Source: Acidilobaceae archaeon (GTDB taxonomy: Archaea > Thermoproteota > Thermoprotei_A > Sulfolobales > Acidilobaceae). From it: a stretch of DNA of 64,000 bases. The stretch lies in NCBI GenBank assembly GCA_027043945.1, contig JALUDS010000087.1:16424-80423 (forward strand), given 5' to 3'. Each line of letters begins with the position of its first letter. Position 1 is the stretch's first letter. Shown piece by piece: positions 46,357 through 56,305 of the stretch. The translations under genes and the position numbers were made by a program. The notes beneath the pieces were generated by a model. It was not told the origin of the DNA. It made no database searches and saw only the letters and a list, made by a program, of their open reading frames with translations.

Positions 46357-47619
46357 TCATTTGACTAGGTCGTGAGGATTAATCTCCTTAGCACCAAGAG
46401 GTGATACTCGTGCCAGTACTCCGTTCCACGCCTCCTCTATACGGGACGCTCCTGCATAGCCCAGAGATGCTTGTAGACCGAAGAACATGCGGCTCATAAC
46501 CTTTACGAGTGGGCCTTCATACGGGACCAGTCCCTCAACACCTTCTTCTAACTGTTTACTAGGCCTGCTATATCGGTCTGCTGCATGCCTCCTCTTCATT
46601 GCTCCGGCACTGGCCATTCCCCTGTAGGTCTTATAGAGCTTGTCGCCGATTCTCACTAGAAGAGACGGTGCCTCATCCGTGCCGGCGAAGAGTCTTCCAC
46701 TCATTACAGCGCTTGCCCCGGCTACAATAGCTTTAGCGGCTTCGCCTGGTCCACGTATTCCTCCATCAGCAATAATCGGTATCCTTCCGAATAGGCCTAG
46801 CTCCTCTAATGCTTCACGAGTATTCATGACGGCAGTCAAGGTCGGAACACTTGCCCCGGCGACAACACCTGTTGAACATATGCTACCGCTAGAGATACCT
46901 ACTCTTAATCCAGAGATACTTTCCACTGTAGTCAATATATCTAGGACAGCCTCTTTCGTCCCGATATTGCCGGCAACAATGTCTATGGAAACTTTTTCAG
47001 CCAACTTCTTTAACGCGCTCAGAGCCTCGACATTATGGAGATGTGCGACATCTGTAACAAGAAAGTCTGCACCTGCTTTTTCAAGGGTCTCCGCTCTCTC
47101 TGTATCGAAGGGACTAATAGCTGCCCCTACAAGTAATTTACCATTATTGTCTTGACTGGGCTTAACGAGTCCAGTTCGAAGTAGTCGTAGTACGAGATCT
47201 ATTTTCTCAGCCAATGCAGGTGAAAGGCTTTTTGCCGGAATATAGACTCCAATAGGAGAACTATTGCTTGTTATAATTAGGGGCTTATCTGATCGGAGAT
47301 ACGACTTGTCTAGCTCGTTTATACTGATAATATCGAACAAGTGTTTGAAGTCGGGAGATGCGCTTTTCACGCTCTGTATCATATCGGCTTGTTCACTTAT
47401 ACTCATGTTCCTATGTATTACTCCTACTCCACCGAGCCTGGCTATCTCTATAGCTAGATCCTGCTCGGTGACAGTATCCATTGGACTAGATAGAATGGGG
47501 ACACTGATCCTGTGGTTGCGCGTGATATTGGATTCGAGAACAACGTATTGTGGATCGACAGGTGCTTTTCTCGGAACTATGACGACATCGTCGAAAGTAA
47601 TGTATTCTATGATTCTCAC
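46357..47619 (-). CDS. IMP dehydrogenase-family protein (short or atypical subdomain region)
   Basis: FDDVVIVP, SSPMDTVTE, GGVGVIHRN, catalytic loop GISSGSICST, GGIRGPGE. At 420 aa it is shorter than CBS-containing IMPDH. Confidence 0.8.
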   Translation of the reverse strand: MRIIEYITFDDVVIVPRKAPVDPQYVVLESNITRNHRISVPILSSPMDTVTEQDLAIEIARLGGVGVIHRNMSISEQADMIQSVKSASPDFKHLFDIISINELDKSYLRSDKPLIITSNSSPIGVYIPAKSLSPALAEKIDLVLRLLRTGLVKPSQDNNGKLLVGAAISPFDTERAETLEKAGADFLVTDVAHLHNVEALSALKKLAEKVSIDIVAGNIGTKEAVLDILTTVESISGLRVGISSGSICSTGVVAGASVPTLTAVMNTREALEELGLFGRIPIIADGGIRGPGEAAKAIVAGASAVMSGRLFAGTDEAPSLLVRIGDKLYKTYRGMASAGAMKRRHAADRYSRPSKQLEEGVEGLVPYEGPLVKVMSRMFFGLQASLGYAGASRIEEAWNGVLARVSPLGAKEINPHDLVK

Positions 47620-47679
47620 TATATTGCACCGATTGGGAAAGAAGATGGTAGGGTATTATAACATGATGTATGTTAGATG

Positions 47680-48432
47680 CTAGATTCTTTCTATGGCGAA
47701 GGTTCTACCTACTCTGACTACTTTATCTGGATACACGATTATGCCCTTATCAGTTATTTCGAATAGATGACGTCTCATGCTGTGTCGTGTCCCTCTCATC
47801 TTCCATATAATTATGCTCCGAACAAGCTCTCCGTTTATCTCGTCAAGGTCTAGTCTGATGATGCCGTCAGCAGCGTGTTCCACGCCTGGGCCTCCAAATC
47901 CTCTCTCAGTGACGCTGACTTGGCTAACTAGGATACTGGTTGTTCCGAGTCCGCTTAATACTCTCTTAAGTAGCATTACTGTTCTTCTAGCTAGTGCTGG
48001 TTTTGCTAGATATAGTGTGGATACTGAGTCTATTACTACTCTTTGAGCATTGATGTCTCTAATTGCCTGTTTGAGCACGTCCACCAGTAGGCCGACATCC
48101 TCGGGGTCTCTTACCACGTATCGCTCTCTCTTGGCGGCTTCTCCGATTCCTCCTGTAAACGCATCTACAATGGCGAATAATCCTCTGTTCTCGAAGGGCC
48201 TAACGTCCCATCCGAACTGGCTCATGTTCAGTCTCACTTGTACTGGGTGCTCCTCTAGGGCAACGAATACTCCTGGTTCTCCGTTTTTCAGCCCGTTCCA
48301 AAGATACTGATAGCTGAATATTGATTTTCCAGTGCCTGGGCCGCCGCTGAGGAGTACAACGTTACGGCGTGGGATGCCACCGTATAGTATCTCGTCGAGC
48401 CCAGGTATTCCTGTTCTTACCCTGTCCACCAT
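47680..48432 (-). CDS. KaiC/RadC-like RecA-superfamily ATPase (single domain)
   Basis: [31 protein letters not shown] Walker A context. Walker B VVIDSVS. Start taken at MVDRVRTG (48432). Confidence 0.8.
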   Translation of the reverse strand: MVDRVRTGIPGLDEILYGGIPRRNVVLLSGGPGTGKSIFSYQYLWNGLKNGEPGVFVALEEHPVQVRLNMSQFGWDVRPFENRGLFAIVDAFTGGIGEAAKRERYVVRDPEDVGLLVDVLKQAIRDINAQRVVIDSVSTLYLAKPALARRTVMLLKRVLSGLGTTSILVSQVSVTERGFGGPGVEHAADGIIRLDLDEINGELVRSIIIWKMRGTRHSMRRHLFEITDKGIIVYPDKVVRVGRTFAIERI

Positions 48433-48583
48433 GGTATAGTACACCTCCTTGTTTTCCTCTCCACATATAATTATTAGGTAATTCCATAGCGATAAATGTT
48501 TGGATAAAACAATGGGAGTATCATATATCATGGTAATAGAATATAGTAATACCATCTATAAACTCTGACCGAGAAGAAGCCAA

Positions 48584-51283
48584 ATGGCAAAACACAGGAA
48601 GACACTGCTCAAGGGGTCAAAAACGATGCTGACAAGCAGACAACAACGAGAGACCACAGATACCGAGATACTATCAATGCTCAGGCCCTACATCTCAGAA
48701 TGGTTCAAAGAAAAATACGGGTCATTCACAGAACCCCAACGCCAAGCCATACCACTAATCAAGCAGGGATGGAACGTCCTCATCTCGAGTCCAACAGGAA
48801 CAGGAAAAACATTAGCAGCCTTCCTATGGATACTAAACGAGCTACTATGGCTCGACGAGAGAGGAGAACTAGAAGATAAAATATACGCGGTATACGTTAG
48901 TCCCCTACGCGCACTAAACAATGACATGGAGAAAAACCTCATCAGGCCACTCCAGGAAATAACCGCAAAAGCCAACGAAATGGGATACGAGGTAGGAAAC
49001 GTCAGGATAATGGTTAGAACAAGCGATACACCAAGCCACGTGAAACAGAAAATGCTAAGAAAACCCCCGCATATTCTCATAACTACTCCTGAGAGCCTGG
49101 CAATATCACTAGTAGCACCTAAGTTTTCGCAAAGGCTAGCCACAGCAAAATGGATAATCATAGACGAAATACATGAAATGGCTTCAAGCAAGAGAGGAAC
49201 ACACCTATCTCTGAGCGTAGAGAGGCTAAACTATCTCGTAGAAGAACAAGGAGGCCAGTTGCAAAGAATCGGAATGAGTGCAACAATCGCTCCCCTGGAA
49301 GAAGTAGCCTTGTTCCTAGCAGGATTTTTGGACAATGGAAAGCCACGCCCAGTAAAGATAGTAGATGCACGGTTCTCAAAACCAATAGATATAAGAGTAC
49401 TGGCGCCAGAAGTGGACCTAATACATGATCCAGCAGATAAAGTAAACGAAGCGATCTACAGGAAACTAGCCGAGCTCATACAGAAACACAGGACAACACT
49501 GATATTCACTAATACGAGGAGCGCGACGGAGAGAGTCGTTTTCAAGCTCAAAAAACTCCTCTCTGAGCAACTAGGCATAGTAGACGCAGACATGATAGAG
49601 GCACACCACAGCAGCCTTAGCAGGTCCACTAGGCTCGAGGTTGAAAACAAGCTTAAACGAGGAGAACTAAAAGTAGTAGTGTCAAGTACAAGTCTCGAGC
49701 TAGGAATAGACATAGGCTACATAGAACTCGTGGTACTCCTAAGCAGTCCAAAAAGCGTGAGTAGACTACTCCAACGGATTGGAAGAGCAGGCCACCACAT
49801 ACAACAAGTCAGCAAGGGAAGAGTCATCGTAGTTGACAGAGACGATCTAGTAGAATGCACGGTTCTCGCGAAATCCGCTATGGATAGACACATAGACAGG
49901 GTTAGGATCCCGAGAAAACCGCTGGACGTCCTAGCCCAACACATAGTAGGTATGAGTATTGAGAGGAAGTGGAGAATCGAGGAAGCATACAGAGTCGTCA
50001 AGAGAGCATACCCGTACCGGGACCTGACACTGGAAGAATTCATGGAGGTACTAGAATACCTTGCCGGGAAACATGGCCTAGAAGACGAGAAAGTATACAG
50101 TAAACTCTGGTACGACGAAGAAGAAGGAGTATTTGGTAGGAAACGAAGTGCACGAATGATATACCTCTTAAACAGTGGTACTATACCCGATGAGGCAAAG
50201 ATATACGTAATAACGAGAGACGGGAAATTCGTCGGAAACGTCGAAGAGGAATTCGCAGAAATACTCGATAAAGGAGACGTCTTCGTCCTGGGAGGAAGAA
50301 CATATCGCTTCATCAAGAGTGAAGGCATACGAATAATTGTAGAACCGGCAGAAGGCGAACGACCAACAGTTCCAAGCTGGTTCAGTGAAATGCTCCCGCT
50401 TAGCTATGATAGCGCCCTAAGAATAGGTCGTTTCAGGAGATGGATAGCAGGAATGATCAGGAACGGCCAAGAAGATGAAGCCTATCAGATACTAGTCGAA
50501 GAATACATGCTCGAGCCACACGCCGCTAAAACAATAATCGAGTATATCCGAGAACAACTCGACTATATAGGAGTAGTTCCCGGAGACGATCTCATACTTA
50601 TAGAGCATTTCAAAGACGAGTACGGCTACAACATAGTATACCATACGCTCTACGGTAGGAGGGTAAACGACGCATTCAGCAGGGCAGTAGCATACGTTAT
50701 GAGCAACAAGCTTGGAATACCGGTAAGAGTTACAGTAACCGATAACGGATTCATGCATACAATAGAAAGAGAACTTACTAGCAATGAGATCATGGCGGTA
50801 TTCAGTGAAACAATAAACTCAGACCTTAGAAGTTTATTAGAGAACGCGTTATCACGCACCGAACTAATGAAAAGAAGATTTAGACACGTGGCACAACGTA
50901 GCTTCATGATATTAAGAAGATATAAGGGATATGAGAGGAGCCCAGAGAGGCTACAGCTCAGTGCGCAGAAACTATTAGAGATTCTATTGGAGAGGAACCT
51001 AAGGATACCACCTGTCAATGAGACCTATAGAGAAATACTAGAGGACTATATGGATATAATCCACCTAGAGGAGGTCGTCGAGAAGACAAAGGCAGGAGAT
51101 ATAAAGATAGAGATCCGAGGACCGCTACCCGTTCCATCGCCCTTCGCACACGGCATTGTCGTAAAGGGATACAGTGATGTGGTTCTAATGGAGGATAGGA
51201 AGAAGATCCTGAGCCTGCTACACATGAAAATAATGAAAATACTTGAAGCTAAGTCTAGAGACCCTCCCCGAGCCCAACAATGA
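48584..51283 (+). CDS. lhr: Lhr-like ATP-dependent DEAD/DEAH-box helicase
   Basis: WF...FTEPQRQAIPLI, SPTGTGKT, DEIHE, SAT, HHSSLS, QRIGRAGH, and a long C-terminal DEAD-associated region. 899 aa. The start among three N-terminal Met codons is uncertain. Confidence 0.85.
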   Translation: MAKHRKTLLKGSKTMLTSRQQRETTDTEILSMLRPYISEWFKEKYGSFTEPQRQAIPLIKQGWNVLISSPTGTGKTLAAFLWILNELLWLDERGELEDKIYAVYVSPLRALNNDMEKNLIRPLQEITAKANEMGYEVGNVRIMVRTSDTPSHVKQKMLRKPPHILITTPESLAISLVAPKFSQRLATAKWIIIDEIHEMASSKRGTHLSLSVERLNYLVEEQGGQLQRIGMSATIAPLEEVALFLAGFLDNGKPRPVKIVDARFSKPIDIRVLAPEVDLIHDPADKVNEAIYRKLAELIQKHRTTLIFTNTRSATERVVFKLKKLLSEQLGIVDADMIEAHHSSLSRSTRLEVENKLKRGELKVVVSSTSLELGIDIGYIELVVLLSSPKSVSRLLQRIGRAGHHIQQVSKGRVIVVDRDDLVECTVLAKSAMDRHIDRVRIPRKPLDVLAQHIVGMSIERKWRIEEAYRVVKRAYPYRDLTLEEFMEVLEYLAGKHGLEDEKVYSKLWYDEEEGVFGRKRSARMIYLLNSGTIPDEAKIYVITRDGKFVGNVEEEFAEILDKGDVFVLGGRTYRFIKSEGIRIIVEPAEGERPTVPSWFSEMLPLSYDSALRIGRFRRWIAGMIRNGQEDEAYQILVEEYMLEPHAAKTIIEYIREQLDYIGVVPGDDLILIEHFKDEYGYNIVYHTLYGRRVNDAFSRAVAYVMSNKLGIPVRVTVTDNGFMHTIERELTSNEIMAVFSETINSDLRSLLENALSRTELMKRRFRHVAQRSFMILRRYKGYERSPERLQLSAQKLLEILLERNLRIPPVNETYREILEDYMDIIHLEEVVEKTKAGDIKIEIRGPLPVPSPFAHGIVVKGYSDVVLMEDRKKILSLLHMKIMKILEAKSRDPPRAQQ

Positions 51284-52163
51284 ATCTCAGTATATCGGTT
51301 CTCGTGATTATGCCTACGGGATCTCCTTTATTATCTACGACAAGTAGTCTTCCTACGCTATGGTAGTCCATTAGTCTCATGGCTTCTACTATACTTTCGT
51401 TTTCTCTGATTGTGAACACGTGGCGCTTCATATATTTACTAACAGGCTCCTCTAGTCCTCCTCCCTCGCCTATCACTCTTGCTATATCGGTCATTGTTAT
51501 GAAGCCGACGACCTTGTTCTTATTATCGACTACAGGTGCACCTCTAATACCATACTTGTACAGGGTCTTGGCTACATGTCTTATCGTCATGTTTTCCTTT
51601 ATCTTTATCAGTCTCCTGCTAGCAATCTTTCCTACTATCTCGTCGGGTATGACAACCATCTTTTGTACATCCACGAGGAGTTCTCCTGCTACGGGATTGA
51701 CCTGATTTACCTTGCCGGAGATGAATATTCTTCCACGGGGATATCCGATGACTTTTATTGTATTGCCTTTTTGTATTCGTGTAATTGATCCGCCTACATG
51801 TAATAGGGCTTTTACATTATGCCCGGATAGGAGATTCATAATTTCCAGTCTCTGAACGACAAGTTTGACCGTTCCTTCAACGGTGTCTACGAAGGCCTCG
51901 CCGTATCCAGCTGTGAATACAGGAAGTTCTCCTGAAAGCAACTGATATGCTTTGATCGTAGGTACATAGCCTCCGCTAGGCCCGGTACGACTATCAACAA
52001 GGCCCATGCCGCGAAGCCACATAATAATGTTTCTAACTGTTCCTTCATCCTTGTTAAGGTATTCTGCTACTTCTCTACTCTTTATCATTCGTTTCTTTTT
52101 CTCGTAGAGCTCTATTAGTGTCTTTAGAATTTCGAGTTGTGTTGCTGTGAGCTGCCGGCTCAT
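51255..52163 (-). CDS. HTH-domain protein with C-terminal CBS pair (putative regulator)
   Basis: N-terminal wHTH (REVAEYLNKDEGTVRNIIMWLRGMGLV) and two CBS motifs (APVVDNKNKVVGFITMTDI, LLVVDNKGDPVGIITRTDI). The 3' end overlaps lhr by 29 nt. Confidence 0.75.
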   Translation of the reverse strand: MSRQLTATQLEILKTLIELYEKKKRMIKSREVAEYLNKDEGTVRNIIMWLRGMGLVDSRTGPSGGYVPTIKAYQLLSGELPVFTAGYGEAFVDTVEGTVKLVVQRLEIMNLLSGHNVKALLHVGGSITRIQKGNTIKVIGYPRGRIFISGKVNQVNPVAGELLVDVQKMVVIPDEIVGKIASRRLIKIKENMTIRHVAKTLYKYGIRGAPVVDNKNKVVGFITMTDIARVIGEGGGLEEPVSKYMKRHVFTIRENESIVEAMRLMDYHSVGRLLVVDNKGDPVGIITRTDILRFIVGLGEGL

Positions 52164-52363
52164 TTCTATTCACCTTAGTGCTTTAGTATACTTGTCATCT
52201 GTATTCCTAATACAAAATTGTCATATATAAATTTATTTGATAATTATATTATGTGTGACTAATCTAAGGCAGATAATTGAAACATTTTAAATATACTAAT
52301 GCGAACATAATGAAACCACAATAAAATAAAGAAAAACGACCTAGAGCTTACAAAATTCTAGAA

Positions 52364-53116
52364 CTATTGTTTTGCCTTCTTCCTTTTCTCTCTAGGCGCT
52401 AGCACATGGTCTAGGACTCGCTTATTGACTCGGAATACCTCCGAGGCAATTTTCCGAATATACTTATCATCAGGGATACTTCCATGGAAGTCGCTGAAGA
52501 TTAGGGCTGTGCCCTGCTTCATCGCTTCCTTCGTAAGCCTATCTCTTACTTCTCCACGATATATTGCGCTTGCCACTTTAAAGGCGATATAGAACCTTAC
52601 GTACTTTGAAATGATCTTTTCTTTCTCAGGGAACACTTTTGCCAGGGCTTTAGCAAGATTCCTTAGGCTCTCTTCGTCGGCGAATCCATAGTATACCTGT
52701 GTAAATCTTAGCCTTAGTATCCGGGCTATGGTATTATCGTCGGGAATACTTCCAAGCAATGCCATTATTTTCTCTCTAGCCTCTTCCGGCGTACTTGACA
52801 TAACTATCTCTATGATCTGGTCGTATTTTATCTCTGGGTAGAATATAGCGTCGAAGAGATCCGGGTACTGGTCTTCTAGCCCCATCCCGTACTTGCCTAC
52901 TATATAGAGGCTTGCCATTTCCTTATCGAATATGTCTTCGGGCAGGGAAGCTCCTCGTAGAGGACTCAAGCGTTCCTTCTTGTATTCCCGCTTCAGTATT
53001 TCGATAACTTTAGCACGGTCTATTGACCGATCCTGTTCCCAGAGATTTATAATCGTGTTCCACAGGTCAAACAGAAGATTCAGTCGTCTCTGCACGTCTT
53101 TTGCTCTTGAAACCAT
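52364..53116 (-). CDS. hypothetical all-helical protein
   Basis: 250-aa ORF with GGTGA 10 nt upstream of the ATG. No family confidently recognised. Confidence 0.55.
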   Translation of the reverse strand: MVSRAKDVQRRLNLLFDLWNTIINLWEQDRSIDRAKVIEILKREYKKERLSPLRGASLPEDIFDKEMASLYIVGKYGMGLEDQYPDLFDAIFYPEIKYDQIIEIVMSSTPEEAREKIMALLGSIPDDNTIARILRLRFTQVYYGFADEESLRNLAKALAKVFPEKEKIISKYVRFYIAFKVASAIYRGEVRDRLTKEAMKQGTALIFSDFHGSIPDDKYIRKIASEVFRVNKRVLDHVLAPREKRKKAKQ

Positions 53117-53417
53117 TCTATTATCTCACCCTATGCACAGGTCTCCTTACCCCCCTAGGGGACTAATTCTTGTCTCAGCATTGTTATCCAGTTACTGTAC
53201 TCGGCAGATCCTTTCCCAAGAATTACCCGAGCCCCTCCACGATTAAAAATCCGATAGTAGCCTCCAGGCAACTAACACGATGCATACAGTAATCGAATTC
53301 CCAGGCTAGCCTCATGAATTTACTAAGAGAATTAATATCAGGATCTCTCCAATACATACATAAGTGAAGCATACTCCTATCCGGAGCATCAATGTGTCAA
53401 CGTGGTGTAATGGGGCG

Positions 53418-54032
53418 ATGAAGAGACCGCTCGCTGAGGAGGCCTACAATTACATTATGAATAAGACAACCTTCAAGGCCGTCATAATATTAGTCCTAGT
53501 ATTCACTATCTCGATGACACTACCATTAATCTACTCAGATGTTCTCCAGTCGCAGATAGGCTCGATAGCCCAGGAGGAAAGCCAAGGAATACAAGAAGTA
53601 CTGGACTACCCGCTATTCCTGTTGCCGGTAGTAATATACCTACGTAACCTATCCGTCTCCCTAATCCTTGCAATAACTGCGGTGACCGTAATCATACCCT
53701 TCCTAATAATAGTTATAAACGGAATAATCGTAGCCCTAGTCATCTCAGCTATCCCCTCTCAAATAGCCGAAATAAGTCCACATCTCGTAGACGAACCTGG
53801 AAAATACGCTCTATTCATATATGCCTCCCTAGTTCCACATGGAGTAGTGGAAATACCAACAATAGTACTAGCCGCAGCAGTTATGGCTTATCTAGTAAAA
53901 GGCATACGGGTTCTAGCCAGGAAAATACCAAGCGCATTATATATTGCATCAGCCAACCTAATGGCTGCAGCAATAATCGAAAGCACGGTTACGTTTGCTC
54001 TTGCCCTAGCCGTAATCCTGCTCATACTATAG
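53418..54032 (+). CDS. SpoIIM/DUF95-like integral membrane protein
   Basis: VPHGVVEIPTIVLAAAVMAY motif typical of DUF95, with 5-6 TM segments. Start taken at MKRPL. Confidence 0.6.
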   Translation: MKRPLAEEAYNYIMNKTTFKAVIILVLVFTISMTLPLIYSDVLQSQIGSIAQEESQGIQEVLDYPLFLLPVVIYLRNLSVSLILAITAVTVIIPFLIIVINGIIVALVISAIPSQIAEISPHLVDEPGKYALFIYASLVPHGVVEIPTIVLAAAVMAYLVKGIRVLARKIPSALYIASANLMAAAIIESTVTFALALAVILLIL

Positions 54033-54055
54033 CTCTAGGCTTAGAGGGAGGTGTC

Positions 54056-55012
54056 GTGGAGAGAGGAAAAAGCCCGACAACCGTGATATCAGAGCTACTA
54101 GTAAACAATGACATAACGACAATCCTCTACAAACTAGTAGAAACTCTCCGCCCAAAGGGGCTAGAAGAGTCCATTACGTTAAAAGAGCTTGAGAGCACTG
54201 CTACAATACTATCTATGAACTTGTCAAAGACTGCACCATACTATGGGCCCTTCAATAACGTGAGCAGAATACTAAGAGACATCGTTTCATTAGCGGCAGA
54301 CAAGGACTCAATACTCTATGGGAAGACAATACTTCATATCTGGAGCTGTCTAATAGACGCATTACATACATATACGCACAGGAGTCTAGCACACATTAAG
54401 AAGATATGCATGAACCTAGACACAGACAAGCTCCTAGCACATAACTATGGTAACTTGACGTATTGGTGCCTCCTAGGACTGAGAGAAAAGAGTCCCATGA
54501 TATTTATTACAGGTCCAAACCCTAAAAACCTAGCTAGAAAACTAGTCCAAGCAGGATACAATCCCAAAAAACTAGCAATAGTACCCGTGTATTATAGCTA
54601 TCAAGCCTCCCACCTAGTAGACGCATATATTTTCCAGGCAGAAACTGTCTCGGTAGAAAGAATACTTTCCAGGCCTGGAGTACAGTTAACAACTAACTAT
54701 ATAACGAAGACAGGAATAGACGCGAGAATAATCCCGCTTACTCTCTCACTAGCCTATATAACAACGCGTGGAAAAGGCCTCATAAACTATACTAATATAA
54801 TGAAGATACCATACGAGCTCGAATGGAAAGAAGTAGAACAACTCCCCTTATTCGAAATAGTCTACATCAAAGAGTTGGCCGATAAACTAACCCTTCTAGA
54901 CGAGTATGGTCAAGCTAAAATCAAAACAACAGAGTATAGGAGGAGGCTCAGCAACGCACACCGGAGAATACTAGAGCTGGTGGACGCAAGATGCAGAGTC
55001 TTTCAATCCTAA
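54056..55012 (+). CDS. hypothetical cytoplasmic protein with weak IF-2B/ribose-bisphosphate-isomerase-like pattern
   Basis: GTG start directly after GGAGGTG. C-terminal half: LLAHNYGN, MIFITGPNPKNLARKLVQAGY, VDAYIFQAETVS, TKTGIDARIIP. The CDS is likely real, but the family call is tentative. Confidence 0.35.
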   Translation: MERGKSPTTVISELLVNNDITTILYKLVETLRPKGLEESITLKELESTATILSMNLSKTAPYYGPFNNVSRILRDIVSLAADKDSILYGKTILHIWSCLIDALHTYTHRSLAHIKKICMNLDTDKLLAHNYGNLTYWCLLGLREKSPMIFITGPNPKNLARKLVQAGYNPKKLAIVPVYYSYQASHLVDAYIFQAETVSVERILSRPGVQLTTNYITKTGIDARIIPLTLSLAYITTRGKGLINYTNIMKIPYELEWKEVEQLPLFEIVYIKELADKLTLLDEYGQAKIKTTEYRRRLSNAHRRILELVDARCRVFQS

Positions 55013-55662
55013 TACTAGGTCTACTATTAGCCATTATGCTTCTATCTGGCATTGTTCCGGCATACGGGCAAGATCAAACCTATAACTATTGTATTGTTAA
55101 AGGAGACGCAACCATACAGTTAGATGTCTCAAGATTTGGCTATTCTATCAAGATATTGATACGTCTCAATAATACCGGGGAAATAAACCTCTCAGAGATA
55201 CAAGTCTCTATACTATTAGACGGAGAAACAGACGTAACTGACCAGTTCACCATAACTAAAAATATCGAAGAAAATGACTCCGCGACACTACTAAACATAA
55301 CAATAATACCGGAAACTATTCTAGGCACACTCGAGCCCAACAGGTACCACGATATACTCATAGCCATGAACACGGCCACTGTAGCAGAGATCTACATATA
55401 CAGTGGAGAATCCCCATGTACCGTAACAGCAAACGAAAACAATACAGTAACCAGTTCCATCCAGCCAAGCAACCAGGAATACACGGGAGAATACACAACA
55501 CTAAAAGAAGAGAATAAGACTCTACATCCACCGGAAACACTAGCCGGCGATAAAGAGATTCTTAAAAACGTATTAACACTACCATTGATAATCTTGCTAG
55601 TGGCGCTGACAATTGCAAGCATGGTGATAGAGTATGCAAGAAACCCTAAAACAAGCAATTGA
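54991..55662 (+). CDS. hypothetical secreted/anchored glycoprotein
   Basis: Signal peptide (ILILGLLLAIMLLSGIVPAYG), several N-x-S/T sequons and a C-terminal TM (LPLIILLVALTIASMVI). Overlaps both neighbours. Confidence 0.5.
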   Translation: MQSLSILILGLLLAIMLLSGIVPAYGQDQTYNYCIVKGDATIQLDVSRFGYSIKILIRLNNTGEINLSEIQVSILLDGETDVTDQFTITKNIEENDSATLLNITIIPETILGTLEPNRYHDILIAMNTATVAEIYIYSGESPCTVTANENNTVTSSIQPSNQEYTGEYTTLKEENKTLHPPETLAGDKEILKNVLTLPLIILLVALTIASMVIEYARNPKTSN

Positions 55663-56305
55663 CGCACTACGAAGCGGAAGACCAATAATGATATTCGACG
55701 GGGAAGAAAGAGAGGGAGAAGTAGACCTAGTATACTATGCCGAGAAAGCAGACGTCGACGCAATCTACAATCTAAGAACCCTAGCAGGAGGACTCATCTG
55801 CTATGCAACAACCTGGGAAATAGCCAGGAACCTCGGGCTCATCTGGGGAGACGAACTCATCTCCCTACACGAACCACTGAAACCCCTAACACAGAAGAAG
55901 ACCTCCTATGGAGACAGGCCGGCATTCACAATATGGGTTAATCACGCATCGACAAAGACAGGAATACCAGACAAGGAGAGAAGCAAGACAATCAGGGAAC
56001 TAGACAAAGTAGTAAAACTATACCTAGAAGAAAGCCCTGATAAGGCGAAGAAAAAATTCCTCGAAGAATTCCAGGCCCCAGGCCACGTACCTATCCTCGC
56101 CGCGAGAAAACTAGATGAACGACGCGGGCACACAGAGCTCAGCATCTGCCTAGCAGAGCTAGCTGGGCTAAGACCCAGCGTAGTCTTCGCAGAAATGCTC
56201 GATAAAGGAGACTCTCTCAGCCTTAAAAAGGCCCGGGAGTTATCAAAGAAACACGGCATACCGCTAGTTACGGGAGAAGAAATTATTGAGGCGTGCAGAA
56301 TATGA
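55634..56305 (+). CDS. ribB: 3,4-dihydroxy-2-butanone 4-phosphate synthase
   Basis: GRPIMIFDGEEREGEVDLV, GGLICYA and RRGHTE motifs. Confidence 0.9.
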   Translation: MQETLKQAIDALRSGRPIMIFDGEEREGEVDLVYYAEKADVDAIYNLRTLAGGLICYATTWEIARNLGLIWGDELISLHEPLKPLTQKKTSYGDRPAFTIWVNHASTKTGIPDKERSKTIRELDKVVKLYLEESPDKAKKKFLEEFQAPGHVPILAARKLDERRGHTELSICLAELAGLRPSVVFAEMLDKGDSLSLKKARELSKKHGIPLVTGEEIIEACRI

